From an uncultured Candidatus Saccharibacteria bacterium (GTDB taxonomy: Bacteria > Patescibacteriota > Minisyncoccia > Phycocordibacterales > Phycocordibacteraceae), in assembly GCA_964548265.1 (NCBI GenBank), contig CAZJPR010000003.1, positions 279-64,278 on the forward strand: a stretch of 64,000 nt of DNA. Direction: 5' to 3'. Numbering within the stretch: position 1 is the first letter of the stretch; each line of letters opens with the position of its first letter. This document shows, in pieces, positions 38,181-48,415 of the stretch. Under the pieces are notes generated by a model. The model had not been told where the DNA came from and made no database searches. It saw only the letters and a program-made list of their open reading frames with translations. The translations under genes were made by a program, and so were the position numbers.

Positions 38181-38730
38181 CGTTCTCGAGAAATGCTTCA
38201 ACGTAGGTTTTCTTTTCTGCAGGAACGTAATCAACCATGAACGCATGTTCCCAGAGGTCGAGCGCAAGAAGAATAGGGAGGCCGGAGAACTGCCCGAGTT
38301 CATGATCATTCACGAACGCGGTGTGCAACATGCCAATAGTGGCGTCGTAGTAAACAACCACCCATCCAATCCCACGAGTACCGGCGACCTCCTGTATATG
38401 TGCGAGGAATTCATCCCAGCCACCATATTTCTCCGTGACTCGTTTGCGAAGATTGCCTTGTCCGTCTGACACCTGCGACCCACCTTCGAACTGTTCAAAG
38501 TAGTACTCGTGCATGCGCATGCCATCAAACTCAAAACCTAGGCGGCGGCGCAGCTCATTAATAGTAAACGCGTTTGCTGCTGCATCCTCGTCACGCAGTT
38601 TCTTAATCGTATCGAGGATGAGATTCGTGTGCTTCACGTAGCCTTGGTAGAGGGCGAGGTGTACCTCTAGCTGCTTCTTGGAAAGCCCCTTGAGTTCCGG
38701 AAGGTCAAACGTCCGTGCGGTGTAGGTCAT
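38134..38730 (-). CDS. Fe/Mn superoxide dismutase family protein
   Basis: H..LY.GYV, HEYYF, GIGW, DLWEHAF..DY metal-ligand motifs. Confidence 0.9.
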   Translation of the reverse strand: MTYTARTFDLPELKGLSKKQLEVHLALYQGYVKHTNLILDTIKKLRDEDAAANAFTINELRRRLGFEFDGMRMHEYYFEQFEGGSQVSDGQGNLRKRVTEKYGGWDEFLAHIQEVAGTRGIGWVVVYYDATIGMLHTAFVNDHELGQFSGLPILLALDLWEHAFMVDYVPAEKKTYVEAFLENVNWTVVDSRLQRAHG

Positions 38731-38783
38731 AGGTGTTCAGTATAGCGCTTCTTGCCTGAGGGGTCTGTGAGTATCATGGGCGC

Positions 38784-39629
38784 ATGTCTCGCGCACAGAT
38801 TCTCTGGACGCTCGTTGGTGCACTTGTGTTTGTGAACCTCGTGTTCCTCCTTCTTCTTGTGCCGCGCCCACACGAGCTCCGGATCTCGTACCTCAATGTT
38901 GGGCAAGGGGATTCCATCCTCATACAGGGACCAACGGGAGTCGACCTGCTTGTGGACGGTGGACGAGACCGTTCGGTGCTTCGAGAGTTGCCGAAGGTTA
39001 TGGGCATTCTCGACCGCTCTATTGATGCAGTGGTTGCCACCCACCCGGACGCCGATCACATCTCAGGGCTCTCCGATGTGTTTGAACGCTACCGAGTGCG
39101 GTATTTCTTGGAGCCCGGAGTTGAAAACGACACCAGCGCAACACTCAGACTCAAGAACGCCGTCAGCCACGAGTCGGGGGTCGAAGCACTGCTTGCAAGA
39201 CGCGGACAACGACTCAATCTGGGGGACGGCGCCTACGCCGACATCCTCTACCCTGCAGGAGACGTATCGAAGCTCGAGACCAACACTGGTTCAGTCATCA
39301 TGCGGGTGGTCTACGGCGAAACTGAGTTCATGCTCACCGGGGATGCCCCTATTTCTATAGAGAATTGGCTGGTCTCACAGAAAGGAAATCTAAACAGCGA
39401 TGTGCTCAAGGCCGGGCATCACGGCTCAAGAACCTCGACCAGTGACCAGTTCCTTGCAGCGGTCGCCCCGTCACTCGTGATTATCTCAGCAGGGAAGGAC
39501 AACAGCTACGGACACCCACACCCAGAGGTGCTTGAGCGAGTGAGCGCGGTGAGTGCACGCACTCTCTCCACCATTGAGAGCGGCACTATTACGCTTATGA
39601 GTGACGGGGTGACCATCAAACAAAAGTAA
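38784..39629 (+). CDS. ComEC-type metallo-beta-lactamase-fold nuclease domain protein
   Basis: NVGQGDS, THPDADHISG, LTGDA, LKAGHHGS.TS, S.G..NSYGHPH. Confidence 0.92.
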   Translation: MSRAQILWTLVGALVFVNLVFLLLLVPRPHELRISYLNVGQGDSILIQGPTGVDLLVDGGRDRSVLRELPKVMGILDRSIDAVVATHPDADHISGLSDVFERYRVRYFLEPGVENDTSATLRLKNAVSHESGVEALLARRGQRLNLGDGAYADILYPAGDVSKLETNTGSVIMRVVYGETEFMLTGDAPISIENWLVSQKGNLNSDVLKAGHHGSRTSTSDQFLAAVAPSLVIISAGKDNSYGHPHPEVLERVSAVSARTLSTIESGTITLMSDGVTIKQK

Positions 39630-39648
39630 AAGCCCCTTGTGGGGGCTT
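39628..39648. terminator. Terminator between convergent genes
   Basis: AAAAGCCCC-ttgtg-GGGGCTT. Confidence 0.6.
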
Positions 39649-39651
39649 GTG

Positions 39652-39897
39652 CTACTTAACGACTTTTGCCTTCTTGAGAGTGGCGTAGGCTCCGTTCTTC
39701 TTGATGTGGCGGAGGCCTTTGGTCGAAATATCGACGAGAACCGATTTTCCGAGCTCAGGGACGTAGATACGCCTCTTCTGGAGGTTCGCGCGGCGGCGAG
39801 TCTTTCCAACCGGGTTGTACTGGGTTGCACGGGTACGGTTAGAGTACCTTCCGCCTACCTGCGTGCTCTTTCCAGTGATTTCACATTCGCGTGCCAT
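39652..39897 (-). CDS. rpmB: 50S ribosomal protein L28
   Basis: MARECEITGK...TRRRANLQKRR...ISTKGLR.IKKNG. Confidence 0.93.
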   Translation of the reverse strand: MARECEITGKSTQVGGRYSNRTRATQYNPVGKTRRRANLQKRRIYVPELGKSVLVDISTKGLRHIKKNGAYATLKKAKVVK

Positions 39898-39930
39898 AGT
39901 CGCCGCATGCTAGCATAGCGGAAGCGTTTT

Positions 39931-40560
39931 ATGCAAACCGACCTCGAAACGAGCATTTTCACCATCCTGGTGCTCATTTTCTCCATCATCATCCACGAGG
40001 TGGCACACGGCTACGCTGCCTATGCTCTTGGGGACCCCACCGCCAAGCTTTCGGGGAGGCTGACGATGAATCCGCTGCCGCACTTGGACCCCATTGGCTC
40101 GGTTTTTCTCCCTGCGCTCCTCGTACTCACCAACGCCGGCTTTCTCTTCGGCTGGGCAAAGCCTGTCCCCTACAATCCGTACAATCTGCGCAATCAGCGG
40201 TGGGGTGAGGCCTTCGTGGGCATCGCTGGAGTAGCAACCAACCTTCTGCTCGCAGTCCTCTTCGCGATTGTATTTCGCGTTGCCGACAGTGCAGGACTCG
40301 ACCTCTTCGCGGCGCTTGCCGCCATCGTCGTGTTCGTGAATCTTTTCCTTGGACTCTTCAACCTCATTCCATTTCCTCCACTCGACGGCTTCACTGTGCT
40401 CCGGAGCATCCTCCCGAGCCGCTATGCAGTGCCAGTGCGCAACTTCGAGAGCCGGATGGGCATCTTCTCCCTCCTTCTGTTCCTTATGTTTTTCTCCTAT
40501 TTCCTCTCTGCACCCTTCTTCCAGTTCGTTATGTGGGTATTCGGCCTGCTGGTGGGGTAG
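39931..40560 (+). CDS. Site-2 protease (M50 family)
   Basis: HEVAHG, GDPTAK..GRLT.NP..H.DP.G, GWAKPVP, FNLIPFPPLDG. Confidence 0.93.
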   Translation: MQTDLETSIFTILVLIFSIIIHEVAHGYAAYALGDPTAKLSGRLTMNPLPHLDPIGSVFLPALLVLTNAGFLFGWAKPVPYNPYNLRNQRWGEAFVGIAGVATNLLLAVLFAIVFRVADSAGLDLFAALAAIVVFVNLFLGLFNLIPFPPLDGFTVLRSILPSRYAVPVRNFESRMGIFSLLLFLMFFSYFLSAPFFQFVMWVFGLLVG

Positions 40561-40596
40561 GGAGGTATACTTTTGAGGTACCCCTAACCTTCCTCT

Positions 40597-40986
40597 ATGG
40601 AACTTACAATTCTGCTTTCTAAGATTCTCGGCGCATATATGTTGATTGCCGGTATCGCCGTGCTGATGAACCGCCGCCACCTCATGGCGGGCATCGTTGC
40701 GATGGCCAAGGAACGTTTTGCGCAGATTATGGCCGGCGTTATCGCCCTCTTGTTCGGCCTTGTACTGGTGAACATCCACAACGACTGGTCAACTCTTCCG
40801 GCTTCGATTATCTCCCTCATAGGGTGGGCAGCACTTCTCAAGGGTCTCTTCTATCTCTTCATGCCAGAGAAGGGTCTTACCAAGCTGATGCACGCTCTCA
40901 CTGAGCGCTCTTGGTACCTTATCGACGGCATCGTTATCTTAGTTGCCGGTCTCTACCTCGCAGGCTTCGGCTACGGCTGGTTCTAG
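40597..40986 (+). CDS. 4-TM membrane protein
   Basis: Four hydrophobic helices; HNDW...IISLIGW..LLKG...L..P motif. Confidence 0.75.
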   Translation: MELTILLSKILGAYMLIAGIAVLMNRRHLMAGIVAMAKERFAQIMAGVIALLFGLVLVNIHNDWSTLPASIISLIGWAALLKGLFYLFMPEKGLTKLMHALTERSWYLIDGIVILVAGLYLAGFGYGWF

Positions 40987-41037
40987 ATTCACAGGGTGCG
41001 CCAGAAATCAGGCGCAAAGACGCTATACTATAGGAAC

Positions 41038-42027
41038 ATGCAGCTCTTTCGCGTTTCGCTCATGCTCCTCGTGCTCGGCCTGTTCCCGCTCTCGGCGGGC
41101 GCTCAGGCCCTGCTCCCAAGCAGTGACGCCATTACATTCATCGTCACACCCACCTACCCTCGGCCGTACGACACCATCATCATTTCTCCGAGAAGTACGC
41201 TGCTCAACCTTTCTGAGTGCATTGTTACTATCTCGGTGAACGGGACAATCGTGCAGGAAGGAACGGGCACGAGGTCGGCTGAAGCGACCATGGCAGGTCC
41301 GGGCTCCGCCACCGTGATTACCGTCTCCGCACAAGACCCAACAGGGGCGGTGTACCAAAAGGAACTCACGCTTCGCGCGGCAGATGTGTCCCTCGTCATG
41401 GAACCTATCTCAAGTTCCCATCCTTTCTATGAAGGATCGCCGCTCGTTGCTCCAGAGGGCCGTGTTCGCATCGTTGCACTTCCAGATTTCAGAGGTGCCG
41501 ACGGCGCAGTCATCCCACCACAAACCTTAGTGTACTCCTGGAAGAACGGCGAGAAGCAACTGACTGACCAGTCAGGGATTGGTCGCTCTGTTCTCGACGG
41601 CATCGCCCCGCTGCGCTACCGAAACGCAAACATTTCTGTGACAGTGACGAGCCAGGACCGATTGTTTGCGGGATCCGCAAGCGTTCTCGTCGCACCTGTT
41701 GAGCCTTCCGTGTACGTCTATCGCACCTACCCGCTTCTCGGCACTTGGCTTGAGCGGGCAGTCGGCTCGACCGCAACGTTAACCAACACTGAGGACAGCT
41801 ACCGGGCAGTCGGCTACAACTTCCGCCGCGTTCCGTCTTTCGCGTGGACTGTGAATGGGGCAGCGAACGAGACGGACGATGACATCACTGTGCGCATTAC
41901 AACGCCCGGCAGTGGCACCGCACAGATCGGCGTCACGGCAGAGGCAGAAGGTCTCTTCCAGCTCGCTAAGAAGACCTTCGCGCTTAAGTTTTCCTCCGGC
42001 AATTCCGTCGGCATATTCGGCCTATGA
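41038..42027 (+). CDS. Secreted protein with Ig-like beta-sandwich domains
   Basis: Signal peptide (AGA-Q), P.YP.P, PFY.G, L.YSW..G, SGIGRS; start ATG 41038. Confidence 0.7.
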   Translation: MQLFRVSLMLLVLGLFPLSAGAQALLPSSDAITFIVTPTYPRPYDTIIISPRSTLLNLSECIVTISVNGTIVQEGTGTRSAEATMAGPGSATVITVSAQDPTGAVYQKELTLRAADVSLVMEPISSSHPFYEGSPLVAPEGRVRIVALPDFRGADGAVIPPQTLVYSWKNGEKQLTDQSGIGRSVLDGIAPLRYRNANISVTVTSQDRLFAGSASVLVAPVEPSVYVYRTYPLLGTWLERAVGSTATLTNTEDSYRAVGYNFRRVPSFAWTVNGAANETDDDITVRITTPGSGTAQIGVTAEAEGLFQLAKKTFALKFSSGNSVGIFGL

Positions 42028-43175
42028 CACACCAACTCTTCCATCGCGCTTCGGGAATACTAGTGGGCATCGTGCTTGCTGCACAGATTGTTGGGCTCTT
42101 TGCGTTCCCGGCAGTTGCCTTTGCCGTTCAGTGTGATGGTTCAGAAGGTCCCCAATGTCTTACCAAGTGTTGCCCAGATTCGAGCGGAACGCTCCAATGC
42201 TCAGGTCTTCCCGTAAACGGCGACTGTCCTGCGGTGGCAACGACCGCAGACGATACCCCTGCAGACGATACCCCGGCAGCAGATGCTGAAGCAGAGGCAG
42301 CAGATGCCTCCACACAGGAGAGTGCTGGGTTTATTCCTTTGACGGATCTCCCGGGGCTTCGCGATGTCGCTAACTCCTCCAGCATTCCTGTATTCCTCAA
42401 CAACATTTACAAGCTCTGCATCGGCGCGGCAGCAGTGCTTGCGGTACTTCAGATTATGCGCGGCGGCATCACCTACATGCTCGGCGATAGCATCACTGAG
42501 AAAAAGGAGGCTCGCACCCTGATTCTGATGTCCGTTGTGGGTCTGCTCCTCGTGCTCTCCCCGGTAATTGTTTTCGGATTGATTGATCCAAGAATTCTTA
42601 ATCTTCAGTTAAATTTTGGAAACCTTGCCCCTGCGGAGCGGCCTGGCGTGGTGTCGGGTAACACCATAGATGTCTGTTCCCGCTTTGCTGACGACCCTGA
42701 CACTATGGTAGCGGTAACTGAGTTTGAGGACGGAAGCCTCCCGGGAAATGCCTCGACGTGGAATTACGGTCCTTCGAGCGATGCGTGTGTTTCCACCTGC
42801 TCTACCAAGACGCGCAGTGGCTCAGATTCAAGGCACTGCAGCACGGAGCGAGATCCGGAAAACCGAAACAATCTTATGTACTGTGACTGCCGCCCGTATG
42901 AGGTTTCCCGAACACAACACACCCTCAGGTCGGTTACGATTACAACGGGTGGTGAGCAGTACACACTCTCCGCGGTGCGATCGGTTTTCTTTGCCAACTT
43001 GGGACAATGTGAGGCCCTGACGGCAGGAACTGTACGAAATTATGTGGGAGGCGGGACCTTAGAGTGTCCTTCAGGGGCTGCAAACTATGCGGCGTGCGAT
43101 GCCGCCGTTCTTGCAGCGGTGAGCGGCGGGACGCTCACGGTAGATGAGGTTGAGTGCGCGCCGGCCGAAGTATAA
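42024..43175 (+). CDS. VirB2/TrbC-like (T4SS-pilin type) membrane protein with Cys-rich extensions
   Basis: Signal peptide; core GFIPLT..PG...N.IY...IG.AA.LAV.QI..GG..YM.......K.EA...I.....GLLL.L....I...I.P.IL; 17 Cys. Confidence 0.72.
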   Translation: MTHQLFHRASGILVGIVLAAQIVGLFAFPAVAFAVQCDGSEGPQCLTKCCPDSSGTLQCSGLPVNGDCPAVATTADDTPADDTPAADAEAEAADASTQESAGFIPLTDLPGLRDVANSSSIPVFLNNIYKLCIGAAAVLAVLQIMRGGITYMLGDSITEKKEARTLILMSVVGLLLVLSPVIVFGLIDPRILNLQLNFGNLAPAERPGVVSGNTIDVCSRFADDPDTMVAVTEFEDGSLPGNASTWNYGPSSDACVSTCSTKTRSGSDSRHCSTERDPENRNNLMYCDCRPYEVSRTQHTLRSVTITTGGEQYTLSAVRSVFFANLGQCEALTAGTVRNYVGGGTLECPSGAANYAACDAAVLAAVSGGTLTVDEVECAPAEV

Positions 43176-43177
43176 GT

Positions 43178-44422
43178 ATGGATATCCTACGGAAAAGACT
43201 CCCCATCATCATCGGCAGTGTCGTTGCCGTGAGTATCATCTTGGTGGCTATCTACTTTGTTTTCTTCAACACAACGCCGCCAGACGGAGCCGTTGATGGC
43301 GACCCATTTGGAGGCGCTGGGTCCGGCGACACGTTTGGGAGTGGTACTCCGAGCGTGCTTGATGGCGGCATTGAGTTCTCTGGTGACGCTGGAGTTGAGG
43401 TTGCGCCCCGCCTCGTGCGCATCACAAACGCTCCGGTTGCCTATGGTGTTGCGGCACTCTACATCCCTGAAGTGCCCGCCATCACCAACACAGACGGCGT
43501 GATCGTCCCCGCCATCCCTCCGGACATCGAAGTGCGCTTTGTTGAGCGGCAGAGCGGCAATCTCTACGCCTACCGTGTGCACGCACGCACCCTTACGCGC
43601 ATTTCAAACCAAACTATTCCTGGTGTGCGCGAGGCGCTCTGGCTTTCTGATGGGTCCCAGGCATATCTTCGCTTCCTGTCGGAGGATGTTGGCACTCACA
43701 TGGAAACCTACGCACTCCCCGCAGAAGGCGATGGAGGATTCTTCCTCGAGCAGGACCTGATAGACGTGGCGGCAACAAGCACCAACGGGCTTCTTACCCT
43801 TCAATCTGATACGAATGGCGCTATCGCCACCCTTGCGAAGGCAGATGGCTCGGTCCCTAAAACCGCCTTTACCACGGAACTCTCTTCCATTGTGGCTTCC
43901 TTCTTCGGAAAGGGATACTTGGTTTCAACTAAGCCGTCAGCGGGTCTTGCCGGCTACTCATTCTCAGTCTCAAGTACCGGCACGTGGAACCGTGTCTTGG
44001 GGCCACTCTCAGGGCTCGCCGCTATCGGCAATTCAACTGGCGCAGAACTACTGTACTCCTACACAAGCAACGGGGGACTGCGCACCGCCCTTATGGATAT
44101 GGCAACACGTACGCCGGTGCCGTTGCCAATCACCACACTGGCTGAGAAATGTTCGTTCTCGGGCGATGGAGCGAGTGTCTACTGCGCGGTACCGAAAATA
44201 CTTGGCGGCACACTCCCTGATGACTGGTACCACGGTATCGCCTCGTTCAATGACCGCCTCTGGCAGGTGAGTGTTTCCGACCGTTCAGCTATCCTTATTC
44301 TTGACCCTAGTGAAATCGCGCGGGTAGACATCGACGCAGTTTCGCTCACTCCTGACCCCACCAACGATGTTCTTGTGTTTACCAACAAGAAAGACGGTTC
44401 CCTCTGGGTGTACGACCTTTAG
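43178..44422 (+). CDS. Membrane-anchored beta-propeller-like protein
   Basis: N-terminal TM, RFVERQSGNLY, RISN.TIPG, TLAEKC, YCAVP, LPDDWY.G..SFND.LW, F.NKKDGSLW; start ATG 43178. Confidence 0.7.
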   Translation: MDILRKRLPIIIGSVVAVSIILVAIYFVFFNTTPPDGAVDGDPFGGAGSGDTFGSGTPSVLDGGIEFSGDAGVEVAPRLVRITNAPVAYGVAALYIPEVPAITNTDGVIVPAIPPDIEVRFVERQSGNLYAYRVHARTLTRISNQTIPGVREALWLSDGSQAYLRFLSEDVGTHMETYALPAEGDGGFFLEQDLIDVAATSTNGLLTLQSDTNGAIATLAKADGSVPKTAFTTELSSIVASFFGKGYLVSTKPSAGLAGYSFSVSSTGTWNRVLGPLSGLAAIGNSTGAELLYSYTSNGGLRTALMDMATRTPVPLPITTLAEKCSFSGDGASVYCAVPKILGGTLPDDWYHGIASFNDRLWQVSVSDRSAILILDPSEIARVDIDAVSLTPDPTNDVLVFTNKKDGSLWVYDL

Positions 44423-45168
44423 TCTGCGGCTTCTTGTACAGCGAGCGGTGCGTTGCGTAACTTACGAGCGATAAATATCTCCTGGAGGAAGGTGAATGTG
44501 TTGCTGGTTATAAAGTAGAGGGCGATAGCGCCTGAAGAGAAGGCAACGAGGCCTATGATGAGCGGGAGTGCGAAGCGAGCCTGGAGCGCCATTGCGCGAC
44601 CGAATTCCTCCTGCATAGACGCAGGAGCTGACGAAGTGTTCTTGGGCGGCACGGGAATGGCGACCATCGCGTGCGCAAACTGAGTTGCGGCTGCAAGGAT
44701 GGCAAGTATGAGACTTGCGCCGACGATAGGGAAGATGCCAAGGAAGAGGACGGACACGGCCTCTGGTACGGGAACGTAGGAGTAGAGAAGGGCGACATCA
44801 ACCTGCGCAAGGGATTCCTTCTGGAACACGAGGTAGAGGGAGATGAGTACTGGAATCTGGATGAGCAGCGCGAGGAAGCTCGCAAACGGCTTCACGTTGT
44901 ATTTCTTGTAGAGCGCGAACATTTCTTTCGCCTGGCGCTCTTTGTCGTCCTCGTACTGCTCCTTGAGTTTCTTCAATTCCGGCTCCATGGCCTTCATGGC
45001 CTTCTGCGTCTTGATGGCCGCAACCGTGAAGGGGAGCGTGATGATTTTCACGATGAGCGTGACCACCACCACGGCAAGGCCTCCATCGCCGTTCGGCAGC
45101 ACCCCCGTCAACCAAATGAGGAGGTTGTAGATGGGGATATAGAGCCACTCGTGGAAGAACTCAATCAT
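44419..45168 (-). CDS. yidC: Membrane protein insertase YidC
   Basis: G.AVV.VT.IVK, EPELKKLKE.Y, LYKKYNVKP, LIQIPV, ALYFITSN; next to rnpA. Confidence 0.93.
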   Translation of the reverse strand: MIEFFHEWLYIPIYNLLIWLTGVLPNGDGGLAVVVVTLIVKIITLPFTVAAIKTQKAMKAMEPELKKLKEQYEDDKERQAKEMFALYKKYNVKPFASFLALLIQIPVLISLYLVFQKESLAQVDVALLYSYVPVPEAVSVLFLGIFPIVGASLILAILAAATQFAHAMVAIPVPPKNTSSAPASMQEEFGRAMALQARFALPLIIGLVAFSSGAIALYFITSNTFTFLQEIFIARKLRNAPLAVQEAAD

Positions 45169-45177
45169 AGAGGCATA

Positions 45178-45498
45178 CTACGCGCGAAGTGTCTTGGTGA
45201 GAAGGGCTGACAGCTCAGAGGCAAGCTCCTTATAAGGAAGGAGTGGGGCGCCAGAGCGGGCATAGGCGACCAGGGAGTGGTCGGCACTACACCACGGGCG
45301 CATGACGGCGAGCATCCGGCGCTTAAGTAGGTGGCGGGCAACCGAGAGGCGGGCGACCTTTTTGGAGACCACGACCGCGCAGCCTCCGTGTCCAGGGGCT
45401 GCTGGCCCTGCAGTAAGGGAGAAATGGGTGCTTGCGGCCCTAGAGCCCGAGGCTACAGGGAACGTCCGCCGGGTAAGACGCAGGCGGCGCGGCAGCAT
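45178..45498 (-). CDS. rnpA: Ribonuclease P protein component
   Basis: MLPRRLRL, AVVVSKKVA..SVARH.LKRR (RNR-like motif); synteny with rpmH. Confidence 0.88.
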   Translation of the reverse strand: MLPRRLRLTRRTFPVASGSRAASTHFSLTAGPAAPGHGGCAVVVSKKVARLSVARHLLKRRMLAVMRPWCSADHSLVAYARSGAPLLPYKELASELSALLTKTLRA

Positions 45499-45499
45499 G

Positions 45500-45643
45500 C
45501 TACTTAGAGGTCGAGAGGGAAGCGCGGCCCTTGCGGCGGCGGCGGGCTACGACGCGCTTTCCGCCTGGTGTTGCGGCCCTGGCGCGGAATCCGTGGGTCT
45601 TTGCGCGCTTCCTTTTCTTCGGCTGGTACGTTCGTTTAGGCAT
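45500..45643 (-). CDS. rpmH: 50S ribosomal protein L34
   Basis: [22 protein letters not shown]...[12 protein letters not shown]; start ATG 45643. Confidence 0.96.
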   Translation of the reverse strand: MPKRTYQPKKRKRAKTHGFRARAATPGGKRVVARRRRKGRASLSTSK

Positions 45644-45750
45644 GTTCGTGTGTTGTAGTGATGTCCACAGGATACTAACAGTTTCCCCAGCCGCCTGCAA
45701 CAAAAGGGGAGGCTTCACGAGACGACGTTCACGCGTATACTGTGCCAACG

Positions 45751-47097
45751 ATGAATAAGTCAGATCCTCGCGAACTTTGGGAACACGTGTTGTCGCAGGT
45801 CGAACTTTCAATTTCTCCAGCAAACTTTAATACTTGGTTCCGCGAGAGCTCAATTGTGAAGATTGAGGACGGGATTGTCTATATTGGTGTGCCTTCGCAG
45901 TTCTTCCGTGACTGGTACCTGAAGAAATTCCACCCCCTGCTACTTAAAATCATCCGCGGCGTCTCCTATGAGTTTAGAAATATCGAATACATGATTGTGA
46001 AGGACGCTTCTCGTAAGCCCCGGGAACAGAAAAGGAGGGAGCCCTCCATTGAAATGCCGCTTGATGAGTTCTACATCAACAAAAGTGACAACTTAAACCC
46101 GAAATACACCTTCGACACCTTCGTTATCGGTTCGTTCAACGAGCTTGCGTACTCTGCAGCGCAGGCAGTGCTCAATCGTCCGGGCATTACGTACAACCCA
46201 CTCTTTATTTACGGCGACACCGGGCGCGGAAAGACACACCTCATCCAGGCAATAGGGAACCACTACAAGAAACTGTACCCTACAAGGAAAGTGTTCTACC
46301 TAACGTCAGAGCGTTTTGCCGTTGATTACACCGATTCCATCCAGGCGGGGAACGCAAACCGCTTCAAAGAGAAGTATCGCCAGTACGACTTGCTCATCAT
46401 GGACGACGTGCAGTTCCTTTCAAAGAAAGAGAAGACCCAGGAGGAGCTTTTCCATCTCTTCAATGCGCTCCATGACAACAACCGGCAGATTATCTTCTCC
46501 TCAGACCGCTCTCCCCAGGCTATTCCTGATATTGCCGACCGCGTACGTGGCCGCCTCTCAAGTGGTATGACGGTGGATATCGGAGAACCTGACACAGAGA
46601 GCCGTATGGCCATTGTGCGCCGCAAGGCGGCCTCTCACGGCGTCACCCTCGGGGAAGATGTCATTGAGTACGTGGCCACCTCGGTCTCGGGCTCTATCCG
46701 TGAGCTTGAGGGGGTTATAAACAGTGTCGTCTGCCACACCCAGGTGAAGGGTGTTCCCCCAGACCTCGCAGAGGTTAGGCAGTCGCTGAGGGCCTTTTCA
46801 CGGCCTACTAAGACGGTTTCTGTGAAGCATGTGGTCTCTAAGGTGGCTGAGTTCTACGGTATTGATGAAGAGTCTATATATGAGAAGACTCGCCGCAGGG
46901 AGGTGGTGAGGCCGCGCCAGGTCATCATGTACCTACTGCGTGAGGACTTCTCAGTGTCCTACCCAACCATCGGCTCTAAGCTTGGTGGCCGCGACCACAC
47001 CACCGTCATCCACTCGTGTGAGAAGGTGAAGAGGGAGATTGTGGACGACACTGAACTTGCAAAAGAGATTCAGGCTATTCGTGGGCTGTTGGTATAG
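45751..47097 (+). CDS. dnaA: Chromosomal replication initiator DnaA
   Basis: [58 protein letters not shown]. Confidence 0.98.
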   Translation: MNKSDPRELWEHVLSQVELSISPANFNTWFRESSIVKIEDGIVYIGVPSQFFRDWYLKKFHPLLLKIIRGVSYEFRNIEYMIVKDASRKPREQKRREPSIEMPLDEFYINKSDNLNPKYTFDTFVIGSFNELAYSAAQAVLNRPGITYNPLFIYGDTGRGKTHLIQAIGNHYKKLYPTRKVFYLTSERFAVDYTDSIQAGNANRFKEKYRQYDLLIMDDVQFLSKKEKTQEELFHLFNALHDNNRQIIFSSDRSPQAIPDIADRVRGRLSSGMTVDIGEPDTESRMAIVRRKAASHGVTLGEDVIEYVATSVSGSIRELEGVINSVVCHTQVKGVPPDLAEVRQSLRAFSRPTKTVSVKHVVSKVAEFYGIDEESIYEKTRRREVVRPRQVIMYLLREDFSVSYPTIGSKLGGRDHTTVIHSCEKVKREIVDDTELAKEIQAIRGLLV

Positions 47098-47307
47098 TTG
47101 TAGATAAGATATGGATAACTCTCAGATAGTCATGTGGGTAAGAGGAGGAAGGACACGTGTTCGTGTCGTTCGTCGAAAAAACTCCCGCGTCGTATCCCAG
47201 TGTGGTTCGACGTTCTCCACACCTTCTCAGTCTATCGATTGCAGTAACGCGTCGTACTTACTCACTGACTATAGTTTCCCCCGTATCAACAGGACTAATA
47301 AGAGGGT
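47098..47307. other. Probable replication origin (oriC) in dnaA-dnaN spacer
   Basis: One-mismatch DnaA boxes TGTAGATAA 47099, TATGGATAA 47110, TGTGGGTAA 47133, TTCTCCACA 47213; weaker box near 45661 upstream of dnaA. Confidence 0.7.
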
Positions 47308-48408
47308 ATGGTAATTATTTTACAAAAAAAAGAATTCGCAGAAGTGGTGGGGATGGTATCTCGGTTTGCTGATCGACGTTCAGCAACGGTTCCTGCGCTT
47401 TCTGGAATCGCTATTGTTGCGGGGGATGATGGAATTAAAGTTCGTGCCACCAATCTTGAGACGGGAGTTGATATTCACATTGAAGGAACGATCAAGAACC
47501 AAGGTGCGATTGTTCTTCCGTCGACCATCCTTCGTGAGATTTCTTCCTCTTTCTCTGGAGAAGGTCAGGTGACCATTGAACACAGTGGGGATACTGCGGT
47601 CATAAGCTTTGGTTCCGCTAAGAGCACCATGAAGACACTTCCGTTTGAGGACTTCCCAACTCTTCCGCTTCCGGAGAATCCTAAGACAACGTTTACTATT
47701 GCTGGAGCAGCACTGAAGGCGCTTATTGGTACCGTCGCTCCTTGCGCATCCACCTCAACCATTCGTCCTGAGCTTGCATCTGTTCTTCTTTCTTCTGAAG
47801 GAGGAGTAGTGAAGGCGGTTGCAACTGATTCTTTCCGTCTTGCAGAGAAGAAGATGTCAGTGAAAGGGAAGATTGGGAACTTCTCCATACTTATTCCTGC
47901 AAAGAACGCGCTCGACCTTGCACAGACGATTCCTGATGATGAGGTTGAGGTCCGTGTGGGCGAGCACCAGTGTGCAGTCCTGTGGGCAAAGAGCACGATT
48001 ACAACGCGCCTCGTGTCGGCTGCGTATCCTGACTACACACAGATTATTCCTAAGTCCTTCTCGGTAGAGGCAACACTTCTCCGTAAGGACTTTGAGGGGG
48101 CACTTCGCCGCACCGCAGTCTTCTCTGACTCCTTCCAGAAGGTTCGTCTCAGCTTTGATGTCTCAGGCAAGAAACTGGCCCTTTCGGCACACAATGCGGA
48201 CGTAGGCGAGTCTGTAGAGCCTCTGACCGCGGCAATGTCTGGCGAGTCTCTTGAGCTTTCCTTCAACCACCGCTACCTACACACCCCACTACCTCTTATT
48301 ACCGCTGAGAGCATTACCCTGTCCGCGGGGGGCATAGGTAGGCCGCTAATCATCAAGGGGGTGGGGGATACGGGCTTCTTGTATTTGGTGATGCCGATGA
48401 ATCAGTAA
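47308..48408 (+). CDS. dnaN: DNA polymerase III beta clamp
   Basis: ATNLE, EDFP.LP, RPEL, VATDSFRLA, YPDY..IIP, FN..YL, YLVMPM. Confidence 0.96.
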   Translation: MVIILQKKEFAEVVGMVSRFADRRSATVPALSGIAIVAGDDGIKVRATNLETGVDIHIEGTIKNQGAIVLPSTILREISSSFSGEGQVTIEHSGDTAVISFGSAKSTMKTLPFEDFPTLPLPENPKTTFTIAGAALKALIGTVAPCASTSTIRPELASVLLSSEGGVVKAVATDSFRLAEKKMSVKGKIGNFSILIPAKNALDLAQTIPDDEVEVRVGEHQCAVLWAKSTITTRLVSAAYPDYTQIIPKSFSVEATLLRKDFEGALRRTAVFSDSFQKVRLSFDVSGKKLALSAHNADVGESVEPLTAAMSGESLELSFNHRYLHTPLPLITAESITLSAGGIGRPLIIKGVGDTGFLYLVMPMNQ

Positions 48409-48415
48409 GAACCGC

